The notes below the pieces were generated by a model. That model was not told the origin of the DNA and did not search any database. It worked only from the letters and a program-made list of their open reading frames with translations. 64,000 nucleotides of DNA. Source: Octopus sinensis. Lineage: Eukaryota. Location: the NCBI RefSeq assembly GCF_006345805.1, contig NC_043002.1, positions 37,324,001 through 37,388,000 of the forward strand, given 5' to 3'. Below are positions 12,480 through 25,217 of this stretch, one piece after another (the stretch's first letter is position 1; each line of letters opens with the position of its first letter). Made by a program: the position numbers and the translations under genes.

Positions 12480-12650
12480 GTAAGCAAATGGTTATGATAC
12501 AATGTGGGGCAGTAAAATCTGAAAGGGTGCAGCAAGGAAGCAGGGATCCAACTGGAGAAAAGCAGAAAAGACAGCACAGATCTGAGGACATTGGAGAAAA
12601 GTTATGAATGTCCTAAGCTTTGTAGAGAGCGAAGATCTTATGTAAGTGTC
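12480..12650 (+). mobile_element. Old RTE LINE 3' remnant
   Basis: EKAEKTAQI*GHWRKVMNVLSFVESE resembles the RTE terminal W..A..AQDR..WR..V motif. Confidence 0.45.
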
Positions 12651-12845
12651 GTTTAATATCCAAACATAAATTAACAGCATTTCAACTGTCGTTTGCTGAT
12701 ATAATGACTTAATGCACATATGTGCTTGTGTGTGTGTGTGCATGCGTTTGTGTGTGTATGCATGTGTACAAAAAACGAAAGTTTGGAGGATGACAGTAGC
12801 AAAGATTTTGAACATGAAAACCACTGGTATATATATATATATATA

Positions 12846-13035
12846 GGGAGAGTTTATGAAAAAAAAAACAAAAGACGAAGTCAGGTGGTGAACAAAACAA
12901 ACAGATGTATTAGTATAATGCTCAGGAATAGAAAAAGTCTTTTACGTTTCGAGCCTATGCTCTTCTACAGAAAGGTACACAGAAAAAACAAGGAGAGAAA
13001 AAGTGTGTGTAGTGGCTAACGATCTATCATGACGT
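12846..13035 (-). mobile_element. Penelope-like terminal fragment carrying a variant hammerhead (12939-12974)
   Basis: Near-identical to 23322-23512 and 51522-51700; minus strand CTTT-CTGTAGA-A-GAGCatagGCTC-GAAA-CGTA-AAAG. Confidence 0.75.
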
Positions 13036-13129
13036 CATGTATACATATACATACACACACACACACACACACATATATATTTATATATATAAATAAGGAA
13101 ATATGTGAGGAAAATCCACTCTTTAGCTG

Positions 13130-13415
13130 ACCTGCTAGGTTATGGAGGCATAAACATACCAACACCACTTGTCAAGAAGTGGTGGGAAACAAACACAGAC
13201 TCAAAGACACACACACACAGATATATATACATACATATATACACATATGTATATATTGTGTGTGTGTCTGTGTGATGGGCTTCCTTCAGTTTTTGTTTAC
13301 TGAATCCACTCACAAGGCATTGACCAGCCTGAGCTTGTAGTAGAAGATACTTGCCCAAGGTGCCATGCAATGAGATTGAACCTGGAGCCATTTAGTTGGG
13401 AAGCAAACTTCTTAC
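13130..13415 (-). mobile_element. SINE family A copy
   Basis: Matches the reverse complement of the family A head and body (aagacacttgcccaaggtgcc..gaacctgg). Confidence 0.8.
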
Positions 13416-13807
13416 CATACAGCTATGTCTGTAAATTACGACCATGAGCGTAACACCCCCAATTCCTTGGTGCATGGTTTTGTGTGAATGAGTAAAAGAC
13501 ATGGTGCAGGTGCAACAAACTCCCCCTCCAGGTGTCACATCCTGGATGTTCAGCCGGTTCAAGTTTGAAGGGGTGAAGAATATGTCTATGTTTATCTGTG
13601 ACTACATAGGTGCCTAAAACAATTAGTAACATTGGACAATTTGTCTTTGTTATGTAATATGCATTATGTAACTGAAAATCACCTTAAGTTAATGAAACAT
13701 ATGTAAGGTGGTGCATCTACATATCTTATAAACAATCTCTCATATTTTGATTTGTTTTATATACGTCCTTTGTCTAACACTCAAACCCAGATTTCTTAAT
13801 AAAGGAT

Positions 13808-13861
<54 letters not shown>

Positions 13862-14617
13862 ATATACATGTGCACAACAAGCTTATTTTCAATTTCTATC
13901 TAAATCATTCACAAGGTTTTGGTCTGTCTGGCACAATAATTGAAGACACTTGCTTAAAGTGAGTGAACTCAAGACCAATATAAACACATACATCACATAC
14001 ATACAAACATGCATACATGTGAGTGTGTGTATAAATATATATGTGTGTGTGTGTATATATATTCACATGATGAAAGCGGTTCTAATGATGTAATGTCTCC
14101 ATTAATCAATTAAAAGTTTGTTGGAAACAGCTGTAGTGAATTGACACATTACTCATCTGTTGTTATATGCATATATATATTTATGTGTGTGTGTGTTTGT
14201 GTGCATATATCTATATATGTATATGTTTGTATGTGTGCAGACACACATGCATATAATATAAACATATTTATTACTTACATTAGCTCTGCATACAAACACA
14301 GAACAAGATTTACTCATGCGCAGATACCATCACATGCATGAAATTATTTAAATAAGCACATATTTCTTCTATGTGAATGGTTATTTGACTGGCATTTAGA
14401 ATATATATATATACCAAAAGACTATATTTTTAGTCTTGAAATATTCTTTTTAACTAGCATTATTTCAGATTTGATGTGGCGCTGTAAGATTGCTTCATTC
14501 TGCAATGTAATAATTCTGTGCATCTATTTTCCATTCCTACTATCTTTTGTAAGCACACACATGCACACCTATTTATATGTATGTGTGTTGGACAGCATTA
14601 ATTTGTGGTTTATTCAG

Positions 14618-14703
14618 CTGAGAAGCCATTACCTTGGCTAACTATTAAAAGAAGCTCCTGTTTAAAACTTTGGAGACAGTTTAATATATTAAAAGACAAG
14701 CAG
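14618..14703 (+). CDS. Candidate internal exon (xEKPLPWLTIKRSSCLKLWRQFNILKDKQ), product unknown
   Basis: Acceptor atttgtggtttattcag|, donor cag|gtaatg; only one of three frames is open; unique sequence. No homology recognised. Confidence 0.3.
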
Positions 14704-14766
14704 GTAATGAGAAAAGTAAAATTAGACTTTCTGAAAGATGAATGGGTACTTTAAAGATTCTGAATA

Positions 14767-14890
14767 ACTAGTCAACATGATATCAACATACTGTGTAAAA
14801 CAGTGAACTAGTCAATATATTATCATGAACTGTAGTGAACTAGTCAACATTGCTCTTATGAAACAGGGTGAACTAGTTGACATACTATTG
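14767..14890 (+). repeat. Degenerate minisatellite, 4 units of 32-39 bp with an aactagtcaac core
   Basis: Cores at ~14767, 14806, 14838 and 14871; the spacers resemble each other (tgtgtaaaacagtg / tatgaaacagggtg / ttgtgaaaacaat). Confidence 0.7.
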
Positions 14891-15614
14891 TGAAAACAAT
14901 ACTTTAAAGTGATAAAGATAAATTTATGAAAGATAGGAATTGTAAGCTCTCTGAAAGTACACAGATGCTAATTGCAGAAGTACATAATCAAGGATATAGC
15001 TATCATAAATTATGTTTTGAATGATATAAACTGTTATACACTATATATTGAAAGAAAGAAATGTTAGAGGCCAGCATAGAAGGGCATAGATATTAGAGAA
15101 TGGGAGAAGCTGTAGCTTTGTGGTGAGGTTGACTGATTCTTGATCATAAAGAGTTCGATTCCTGAACTAAGAAGTGTGTTGTGTTCTTGAGTAAGGTCCA
15201 TCATTTCCTGTTGCACCAATTTACTGAAATGAGCACCAGACGATTGCTAGTGAACCTCTTTCCTTCTTTCATTTATTCAGCCTGGATGTTCTACTCAGTC
15301 AATGCTTGTAGGACTGAGAGTGTGTCCATATCTGCTCATGGCTAGAAAGGCTGCCAAAGCAATAAAGTGAAAGGAACAGAGGCAAAAACAGACATAAGTC
15401 AGATTTGAACTGAAAACTAAAAGCTCGTAACTAAATACTGCATGTGCATTGGCTGATGCTCTAATGACTCTACCAATCCATACACTACCTTTAATCATCA
15501 TCATCCTCATCATCATCATCATCATCATTTCAATTTTGCGTCCATCTTCCATGTTGGCATAGGTTAGAGAATTTAACAAAAGTGGGAAGGCCAGAAAAGT
15601 ATGTTAAGCTCCAG

Positions 15615-15845
15615 TTTATCTCAATATGAGATCACCATGTTGCGCACACATAGTAGTGATGCATGAGCTCAGCATACCTTTATCAGACGAGTAGTCATGA
15701 TGGGTATATTGAGCTCCGTATATTTTACCCAGTGTCCCTTTGATAGCATGCACTGCTCTCTCACTCAATAATAATGATAACAACAACAATAATAATAATA
15801 ATAATAATAATAATGATGATGATAATAATGATAATAATAATAAAG
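15615..15845 (+). mobile_element. 3' fragment of an interspersed retroelement with an (AAT)n tail (longer copy at 46290-46810)
   Basis: tttatct..atatgagatcaccatgt..ttatcagacg..gcatgcactgctctctca followed by (aat)n in both copies. Confidence 0.75.
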
Positions 15846-15972
15846 GAAGTGCCAACCTATTTCATACAAAACTACTAATACATACAAAATTAATATATCC
15901 TTTTATCAACAAATCCACCTGTAGTAAATGCTTGTATTCACTTGTTCAGCCAACTAATCAGCATCTGTATAT

Positions 15973-16007
<35 letters not shown>

Positions 16008-16346
16008 ACGTATCATGCCCTTGAAACTGAAAGTACATAAACACAATAACAGATTATATAAAAAAAGGGGTTAAAAAAATGCTGACAAAAAAATAAAAAA
16101 CAAAAAGAAAAATCAGATTTCTTCTGGAAGAGGAAATGACTGCAAAAGCCAGATTGAGTTTCAGTTACATGAAGAATAGATGAGAATCATCAAATAAATA
16201 ATAATATACATTGACAGATATTCCCTTCTCTCAATTTATATTGGAGAGGAAGCAGAGACCTATTAATGAAACTGTGATTAGTGTAGACAATGATGAACCA
16301 TTTCTAATGTCAGGCTTTAAATATTCATACAAAAATAAATATTGAA

Positions 16347-16410
<64 letters not shown>

Positions 16411-16773
16411 TGCACGCTATATGCATATAAGTCATGGACTGGCAAAGTGATTCATTTCTGATCCTGTTTGGGTACATGATATTGATAAACCGCAAAAATG
16501 GAGAAACATCGATGTCTATCACGCCTAGATGAGATTAGAGGTGAGTTATCTTGCCTGTCCATGACATTCTCTGAGAGAGAATTTGGCCACCATGCCAAAT
16601 TGCAACCCACTGGCAAATACATGAAGCATATACATTAAGTGTATGTGGTTGATGATATATATATATATGTACCAGAATAAGCACATAAATGTGAAATAAG
16701 GTGACAAAAATAGCACTCGAACACCAGAGGTAGAGTAATATGCTTTTGTGATGTCTTTGCAACTTTATCAATA

Positions 16774-16804
<31 letters not shown>

Positions 16805-16816
16805 TATTCATATATA

Positions 16817-16979
16817 GACACAAGAGTGGCTGTGTGGTAAAAAGCTTACTTCCCAACCACGTGGTTCTGAGTTCAGTCCCACTGTGTGGCACCTTGGGCA
16901 AGTGTCTTCTACCATAGCCTCGGGCTGACCAATGCCTTGTGAGTGGACATGCTGGAAGGAAACTGAACGAAGCCTGTTG

Positions 16980-17018
<39 letters not shown>

Positions 17019-17210
17019 TTGTGTGTCTGTGTCTGACAACTTATGTTGGGGTGCTTACATCCCTGTAACTTAATAGCTTGGCAAAAGAGACCAATAGAAT
17101 AAGTACTAGGTTTACAAAGAATAAGTCGGGGGTCAATTTCTTCAAATAAAGGTGGTGCTCAAGCATGGATAGTTAAATTACTGAAAGAAGTAAAAGAAAA
17201 GAAAAAGAAA
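16817..17210 (+). mobile_element. SINE family A copy
   Basis: Head gtggctgtgtggtaaaaagcttacttcccaaccacgtggttctgagttcagtcccactg; CORE-like ccttgggcaagtgtcttct; (aaaag)n tail. Confidence 0.85.
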
Positions 17211-17232
17211 AAAACACACACACATGTATATA

Positions 17233-17276
<44 letters not shown>

Positions 17277-18187
17277 GTAATCTAAAGCCTGAAAGAGAGT
17301 TTTCTGTTAGAGGCCTGCAAAACTATATGTGACATGGTGTCAAATCAAGTAATTTTAAATAATACACACATACACACACACAATGTGATATAAAATGCAG
17401 ATGAAACACACAGTAAACCTTGCTAGCTCAAGTTGTTGTTTGTGTATATCACAATAACTCAAGTAAGGATATACCTTGCTGTGTTTCTATTATAATTCAG
17501 TAGATCATAATTGCAGATCCAGCCATGACATAGTTCATGAAAGTAAAACAAAGAGAATGTGCAAGTCCTGTTTATTATAATATTAAGTCAAAAACTGATG
17601 GATCACACTTTTGCTACTACGAGTTATATGCATGAGTGAAATACAGGTGTGCAGAAGTACTATTTCCCAGCAGAACAGTATTAAAAAAAAAAGCGTCCTT
17701 ATTGTTTGAAGTAGGTCACATGGCCAAAGCTATTGCAAGCAAGGAAGAAAAGGTTGAACTACAATGTAAAAGAAAAACTGTAAAAACCTTTAGAATATGC
17801 AAAAGAAATTACTCCATGTGGATTGTAAGATCTGATTTGCATAATTTATTTCATATGATCTAGTGTTCAGATACCTGGAAATATTCCAGACAGAAAGTAC
17901 TCTGATATTAATGGTTAGATAACAATTTATTTTTTTCTGTTGAAGGATGCTATTGGTTGCTTCTATATCTGGAACTTAGGCAAAACATACATTTATGGGA
18001 TCCATTGGAAGATAGATTAGCTCTACAGATAATGTTGCATATTATTTAAAGTTAGTTGGATTCTTGGTCCTTGAGTTTTCAGAATATAAAAGTAGAATAA
18101 GGAAGTAGAATTTTCTTTGTTCCATGATACAAAATAGGTAAAGACGTTAATGGTCACAATCTTTGAAGCTCTATTAAGTTCCTTTAA

Positions 18188-18880
18188 CCCTTTGGTATTC
18201 AGATCACACTATCAAATGTAATGCTTCTTCATTCATATTGTTTTGAATTCATCACACATTATCTTGTGACTTTGAGAGTTTGATGATATGATTGGGGCAA
18301 GTGAAATCGAAATTGAACCAAATTCAGTGACTGGCACCCATGCCAGTGGAGCGCTAACAGCTCCATCCAAGCAGGATCACTGCCACAGCAGGTGTCTGGC
18401 TTCCGTGCCGGCCGCATGTAGAAAGCACCATTTGAGCATGATCGTTACCAGCGTCGCCTTACTGGCACTTGTGCCAGTGGCACGTGAGCAAAACATTCGA
18501 GTGAGGTCATTGCCAGCGTCGCTGGACTGACTCCTGTGCAGGTGGCATGTAAAAAAATACCATTTGAGTGTGGCTGTTACCAATACCACCAGACAGGCCC
18601 TCGTGCTGGTGGCACATATAAGCCCACTACACTCTCAGCATGGTTGGCGTTAGGAAGGGTATCCAGCTGTAGAAACTCTGCCAGATCAGATTGGAGCCTG
18701 GTGCAGCCATCTGGTTTGCCAGTCCTCAGTCAAATCGTCCAATCCATGCTAGCATGTAAAGCGGACGTTCAATGATGATGATTGTCTATTTTTAGAATGA
18801 CATTGTAGGGTAGGTATAAGAGACTAGATCCACTCAGTAGAATATTTGGTCCAGATATGGCTGGCTTAAATGCTAATGGG
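18188..18880. mobile_element. TTAA MITE split by a 5'-truncated RTE 3'-UTR insertion (~18293-18783, + strand)
   Basis: TTAA at 18184-18187 and 18881-18884. The insert matches 55520-56060, ends in (gat)n, and is bounded by a short atgattg duplication. Confidence 0.85.
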
Positions 18881-19224
18881 TTAAATACCACCCAAGGGAT
18901 TTATGAATACTCAATAATGCAGATCTTTAATTTGATAGTTATATGTTGGAGCTAAGGCTGTGTGAACGAGAGCTTTTGAGTGTAGCATGTAATTTGAGAA
19001 GCTATGTTGTCCTGGCAAAGACTGTTGACTATAACACTGTCTGCATTTAATGGATAAACTAAATAGATATCACACTGAAATATGTCCTGATGACAAGGTG
19101 GTAGCATGACCACAATGACTAAAACTAATCAGAGTATATATATATATATAAATATATATATGGACAAATCAAAAATTAAAATAAATAAGAAAAAAAAACG
19201 GAAAAATAACAAAAGTCAATTAGC

Positions 19225-19309
19225 CGTACACTGAATATATTAGATTGAGAAACAATGGTGAAGTTTTAGGTGGAAAAATAAGAGCAATACACACACACAT
19301 ACACACACT

Positions 19310-19355
<46 letters not shown>

Positions 19356-19375
19356 TACATACACATATATGTATG

Positions 19376-19417
<42 letters not shown>

Positions 19418-20045
19418 CATACATATATATATATGAATATATATATATACATGTGTGTGTGTATGTATGTGCATGTATATATATAAAAAAAAAAGACTCC
19501 GCCGGTTACGACGACGAGGGTCCCAGCTGATACGATCAACGGAACAGCTTGCTCGTGAAATTAACGTGCAAATGGCTGAGCATTCCACAGACACGTGTAC
19601 CCTTAACGTAGTTCTCGGGGATAATCAGCGTGACACAGAGAGTGACAAAGCTGACCCTTTGAAATACAAGTACAACTCATTTTTGCCAGCTGAGTGGACT
19701 GGAGCAACGTGAAATAAAGTGTCTTGCTCAAGGACACAATGCGTCGCCAGGAATCGAACTCACAACCTTACGATCATGAGCCGAATGCCCTAACCACTAA
19801 GCCACGCGCCCTCACATGTATATATATATCAGTGAATATGTTAGATTGATACACAGTGAAAGTTTTAGATGGAAAAATAAGAGTGATATATACACACGCA
19901 CATACACACACATATAAATACATATACATATATGTGTGTGTGTATATATGTATATATATGTATGAGTATATATATCAGTGAATATGTTAGACTGACACTC
20001 AGTGAAAGTTTTAGATAGGAAAATAAGAGTGATATATACATATAT
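19225..20045 (+). repeat. Local tandem repeat: three copies of a ~70-bp unit (~19225, ~19828, ~19975) separated by microsatellite, with the SINE between copies 1 and 2
   Basis: Unit c(a/t)gtgaatat(g/a)ttagattga..gtgaaagttttag(a/g)tggaaaaataagag. Confidence 0.8.
19491..19815 (-). mobile_element. Young tRNA-derived SINE, family D (CpG-rich)
   Basis: A-box tggcttagtgg, B-box gttcgattcc, CORE-like gtgtccttgagcaagacactttatttcac; CpGs intact. Confidence 0.9.
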
Positions 20046-20679
20046 ATGTGTGTGAGTGTGTGTCTGTGTATAAATATATATATATACACAGACACACACA
20101 TACATATATATATATATATATGTTTATAAGAAGCTACTTGGATGGAAATGAGGCTATAGAATATATTTAATAAAAATACCCGGTTACTAAGATGAAAAAT
20201 ATGTGGACAGAATCACCTATAAGAATCAAATCACACAGGGCCATGATATCACAACACCAAGGAGACCTGACCATTTCAACTTAGAATCTTTAACTTTATG
20301 TTAAAGTGAATACAAACTTTTGATTCCACTGGATCATTTGTAAACTCAAAGAATTTCATTTACATACACATACATGCACACACACACACACACGCACATT
20401 TACATACACAAAAACACATAAATGTAGAAGATAAATTAAGTATTTTCCTCATCACTGAAGGTTTCATGTAACTGATGTCAGTCAGCCGCATTCATCAATG
20501 TGTTTGAAATGTATTAAAACTCGCTGCTGAATGTGAATAATTGCTGTGAACCACAAAATTCCTTTGGTTTTGAAGAAATAATCATGTTTACCAACACATT
20601 TATAACAGTCTCAAAACGTAATTAAAGCATGTTAAATATATATATATATGCACATTCACACACAAACATACATACATAT

Positions 20680-20960
20680 ATATTTATATATGTATATAAG
20701 AATATATATTTATATATTTATATATATATATATAAGAATATATATTTATATATATTTATATATATATATAAGAATATATATTTATATATATTTATATATA
20801 TATATAAGAATATATATTTATATATATATATATATATATATATAAGAATATATATTTATATATATTTATATATATATAAGAATATATATTTATTATATAT
20901 TTATATATATTATATATATATATAATATATATATATATATACATATAAGAATATATACAC
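20680..20960. repeat. AT-only minisatellite (~30-38 bp, ataagaatatatatttatatat)
   Basis: About seven recurrences of ataagaatatatattt embedded in (TA)n. Confidence 0.85.
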
Positions 20961-20981
20961 ACACATATACACAAACGCAGG

Positions 20982-21024
<43 letters not shown>

Positions 21025-21399
21025 GCATACACACACACACACATATATATATATGTTCAATTGTCACTAATTGTTACTGAGGGTGCATAACATTGCTAGA
21101 CGTAGGAGTTAAAGACCTTTAGAACTGCAAAAGAAGCAGATGTCTATGTGCTGACATGGGAGATAACCTTTATTCTTATTTCTAGCAGGGTAGGTGCTAC
21201 CCTGCACCCTCAGTCACAATTAGAAGCAATTAAATTTTTCCTTTTTGGCTTTTTATTGTAAATTGTTGTCTTCATTGTTTTATGCATGTATGTATATATA
21301 TATATATATATTAATATATATATGTATATATATATATATTAATATATATATGTATATATATATATATTAATATATATATGTATATATATATGTAACACA

Positions 21400-21635
21400 T
21401 AAAAGCACCAACTGATCGTGGCTGTTTGCCAGCCTGCTCTGGCTCCTGTGCCGGTGGCACGTAAAAAACACCCACTACACTCATGGAGTGGTTGGCGTTA
21501 GGAAGGGCATCCAGCTGTAGAAACACTGCCAAATCAGACTAGAGCCTGGTGCAGCCTCCATGGCTTACCAAACCCCGGTCCAACCGTCCAACCCATGCTA
21601 GCATGGAAAACGGACGTTAAATGATGATGATGATG

Positions 21636-21636
<1 letters not shown>
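21400..21636 (+). mobile_element. RTE 3'-UTR fragment with (GAT)n tail
   Basis: gagtggttggcgttaggaagggcatccagctgtagaaac...aacccatgctagcatggaaaacggacgttaaatgatgatg. Other copies at 23600-23765(-), 28500-28720(-), 45245-45490(-), 51325-51490(-). Confidence 0.85.
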
Positions 21637-21674
<38 letters not shown>

Positions 21675-22444
21675 TTGATGATGACAATGATGATGATGGT
21701 TATGAGGATGGTAAAACATTTATAGTGTATAACCAATACTTTGTTTCTCAGTTTAAGATCAGTTTGGAGTAGCGAACACGCGAACACACACACATGAACT
21801 CACACATATAATTATACATATACATACATACATATACACACACACATAAACACACACATACACACACATATATGTACATATCTATACACACACACACATT
21901 CACATATATAAATGATGAAATCTGTTGAAGGACTGAAAAAGCTATGTTAATGTTCACTTTTCCCTGAACAATCTCGGCAAATGATATGATTTCATTACAT
22001 TTATTAAATATATGTGCTGTTCATTAAGTTCACTTCTTTCATCAAATCAACTTTGCTCAAACAGGTGCACGGTGAACCAGATGTTAGTCGATGAAGAGAT
22101 TACAGAGCAACTTGAGATAAAGTGTTTTGTTCAAGCATACAATGCATCACCCTGCCCAGGAATTGAAACCATGATCTCACAATCATGAGTGTAACACCCT
22201 TACCACTAAGCCACCCCACACACATGTATATATTCTTTTTTTAAACTTTTGTACTTGTTTCAGTCATTTGACTGCGACCACCTTTAGTAGAACAAACTGC
22301 CCCCAGGTCTTATTCATTCTAAGCCTAGTGCTTATTCTATCAGCCTCTTTTGCTGATCTACTAAGTTACAGGCACATAAATACATCAACATCGGTTGTCA
22401 AATGATGGTGATGGTGGGGCAACACAGACACACAAATACATATA

Positions 22445-22492
<48 letters not shown>

Positions 22493-22544
22493 TATATATA
22501 TATATTTATATATACATTTATATATATATATATATTTATATCTC

Positions 22545-23214
22545 TAAAAGGCCGAGGGTGTCTTGGCATCACTCAGCAAGACTTTTGTTAGCCACTCTCC
22601 AGCCATCTATTTAAAGCTGTATACAGCTATGGTACGACCACACTTGGAATTCGCATCATCAGTTTGGAACCCCTATTTTGCTCAGAACATTGACCTCCTG
22701 GAATCTGTTCAGAGACGTGCAACCAAACGCATACCCTCCATCAGACACCTACCATACTCTGAGCGCCTTGTTTCCCTGGGCATGGATTCACTGAAGCTCC
22801 GGCATCTGGCGATGGACTTGGTAAACACACACAAAGTTATCAACCACCTCACCAACAACAACACTGAACACCTTTTTGATCTCCATGTGTCCAACACATG
22901 TGGACATGCCTACAAAGTCAGAAAACAGCACAGCTCCCATGACTTTTGGAAACATTTATTCACGCTCAGAGTTGCTGAAGCATGGAACAAACTGCCTGTG
23001 TCAGTTGTTGACTGCCATGACACTGCATCCTTTAAGGCCCTCATGCTTTCCGAAATCCGCCGAAACTACACCTGATTGTCCCCCTTCCATACTCATACAC
23101 ATATGTGTATGTCATGACTCATGCACTGTTCTTTTCCTGATGCTTGTACATTACCCTATATACTATACATACACTTTAGATGAGTTGTAGTGCACCTGAG
23201 CACTGTACACAATG

Positions 23215-23245
<31 letters not shown>

Positions 23246-23246
23246 T
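22545..23246 (+). mobile_element. 5'-truncated CR1-clade LINE (RT C-terminus, 3' UTR, (TTA)n tail)
   Basis: ORF 22563-23075 LYTAMVRPHLEFASSVWNPY..NIDLLESVQRRATKRIP..LPYSERL..L..DSLKLR..RV.EAWNKLP is a typical CR1 RT terminus; tail at 23215-23246. Confidence 0.92.
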
Positions 23247-23276
23247 TATATACACATACATACATACATACATAAA

Positions 23277-23312
<36 letters not shown>

Positions 23313-23321
23313 TATATATAT

Positions 23322-23512
23322 CGGGAGAGTTTACGAAAAAAACAAAAGACGAAGACAGGTGGTGTACAAAACAAACAGATGTATTAGTATAACGCTCAGA
23401 AATAGAAAAAAGTCTTTTATGTTTCGAGCCTACGCTCTTCTACAGAAAGGGACACAGAAAAAACAAGGAGAGAAAAGAATGTGTGTAGTGGCTAACGATC
23501 TATCATGGCGAC
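23322..23512 (-). mobile_element. Penelope-like terminal fragment carrying a variant hammerhead (23414-23449)
   Basis: CTTT-CTGTAGA-A-GAGCgtagGCTC-GAAA-CATA-AAAG on the minus strand. Confidence 0.75.
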
Positions 23513-24468
23513 TGATACATATACATATATATATATATACAGATATATATATACATAAACATACACACACACACATATATATGAGGATGATGATGATATA
23601 CATCATCATCATCATCATTTAACGTCCACTTTTTATAGTGGCATGGGTTAGATGGCTTGACTGGAGCTGGTAAGCTAGAGAGCTACACCAGGTTTCAGTT
23701 TGAATTTGGATTGGTTTCTATGGCTGGATGCCCTTCCTAACACCAGCCACTCCAAGTGTGTAGAGGATGCTTTTGGACTCTCCTGTTGAAGACAACATAT
23801 GAATGTTCATTTTTTTTTCTCCAAATGATCTGCTGAGATGTTTTGTTTATAGTGATCAAATGTATGTGCTGTACATTAGCTAGCTCCCTTCATCTGTTGC
23901 TGGAACCGATGCACAGTGTGCTATGCATCAGGTAATTGAGTAATCACAGAGCCATGTGAGATGAAGTGTTTTGCTCAAAGAGAGCAAAATGGGAAGACAG
24001 AGAAAGAAATACCGAAGAAAGAAAAAAAAATGGAACAGCTTCTGTGCATGAAATTTAGGAACACTGAAGGGTATTATTGAGAGGAACCAGGTTCAAGACA
24101 AATGAACAGATAATAAAGAAATAAAAATCATACAAGAAATGCATCTGAAGCTCTAATACTCCTAGATAACGTATGAAAGACTACTATATATATATATATT
24201 TATATAAATAGATGTGTGCATGTGTCTGTGTGTGTAAGTTCATATATATAATTCAATAACAATTACACTTAATGTCATTGAATTTTGGTTACAACAACCA
24301 GTAATAGCCAGAAGCAGGAGATAAAAGACAAAACAAAAGATCATTTAAATGTTAATTGTTCACACAGAGATTTCTATTTTCAATCTAAAATCTTAAATTG
24401 TGCACACACTTACATACATATAAATATACACACACATTATATAGCCATATAAACACACACACATATAT

Positions 24469-24532
<64 letters not shown>

Positions 24533-25217
24533 CATATATACATATATATGTGTATATATAAATATATATAATATTTTATATGTATATGTATATTTTATAT
24601 ATATATATATGTGTGTGTGTATGTGTACATATAAACACAAACATCCATAAATTTTTAAGATTTCTAAAATACATTTTCTGGTTTTGCATTCTCTTCTTTT
24701 TCTCCTTCTTGCAGCTACTTCCCATTTTCAACTGACTTATAGCCATTAAAATTGGTAACTTGAAGAATACCAAACGTACTCTGCAGCAATTATGAACTCT
24801 GACTTTTACCGTTGTATTTTTTAATGATATAATTGTGATGCTAAAGCTAAGCAAACAAACCAGTGGAGTGCTTAGCTAAGAAAATCAGTTTGTAATCTTT
24901 TTTTCTTTCTATAATGGCAACAGTAGTTGTGGTGTTAATGGTGGTGGTGGTGAGTTACTGTGTTGTTGGTGTTAATATTGATATTAGGGAGTTGATAGTG
25001 CTAACATTTATATGCAGCTTCTGCTTGTAGGGGTGGTGGTGACGGTGGTGTAGTAGTGTTTGTGTTGATGGTTATGGGGTATTGCAGCATTATTTAATGT
25101 AAGAAATCATGCAGCCATTGTTTAATCTATTACAAGTGATATTCTAGTTACTATTACTATAATTATTACTATTATTGTTATTATTATAATTGTTATTATT
25201 ATTATTATTATTATTAT

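Noticed and set aside
14767-14890. CRISPR-like repeat-spacer appearance
   Set aside because: Only an ~11-nt degenerate core, spacers resemble one another, no cas genes, and a eukaryotic context; it is a decayed minisatellite.
22709-23190. Overlapping ORFs 22709-22897(-) and 22876-23190(+)
   Set aside because: Shadow frames of the CR1 RT ORF and its UTR.
24712-24752. Very strong plus-strand polypyrimidine acceptor (..ctccttcttgcag)
   Set aside because: All three frames stop within ~35 nt; could only be a UTR or terminal exon, with no further support.
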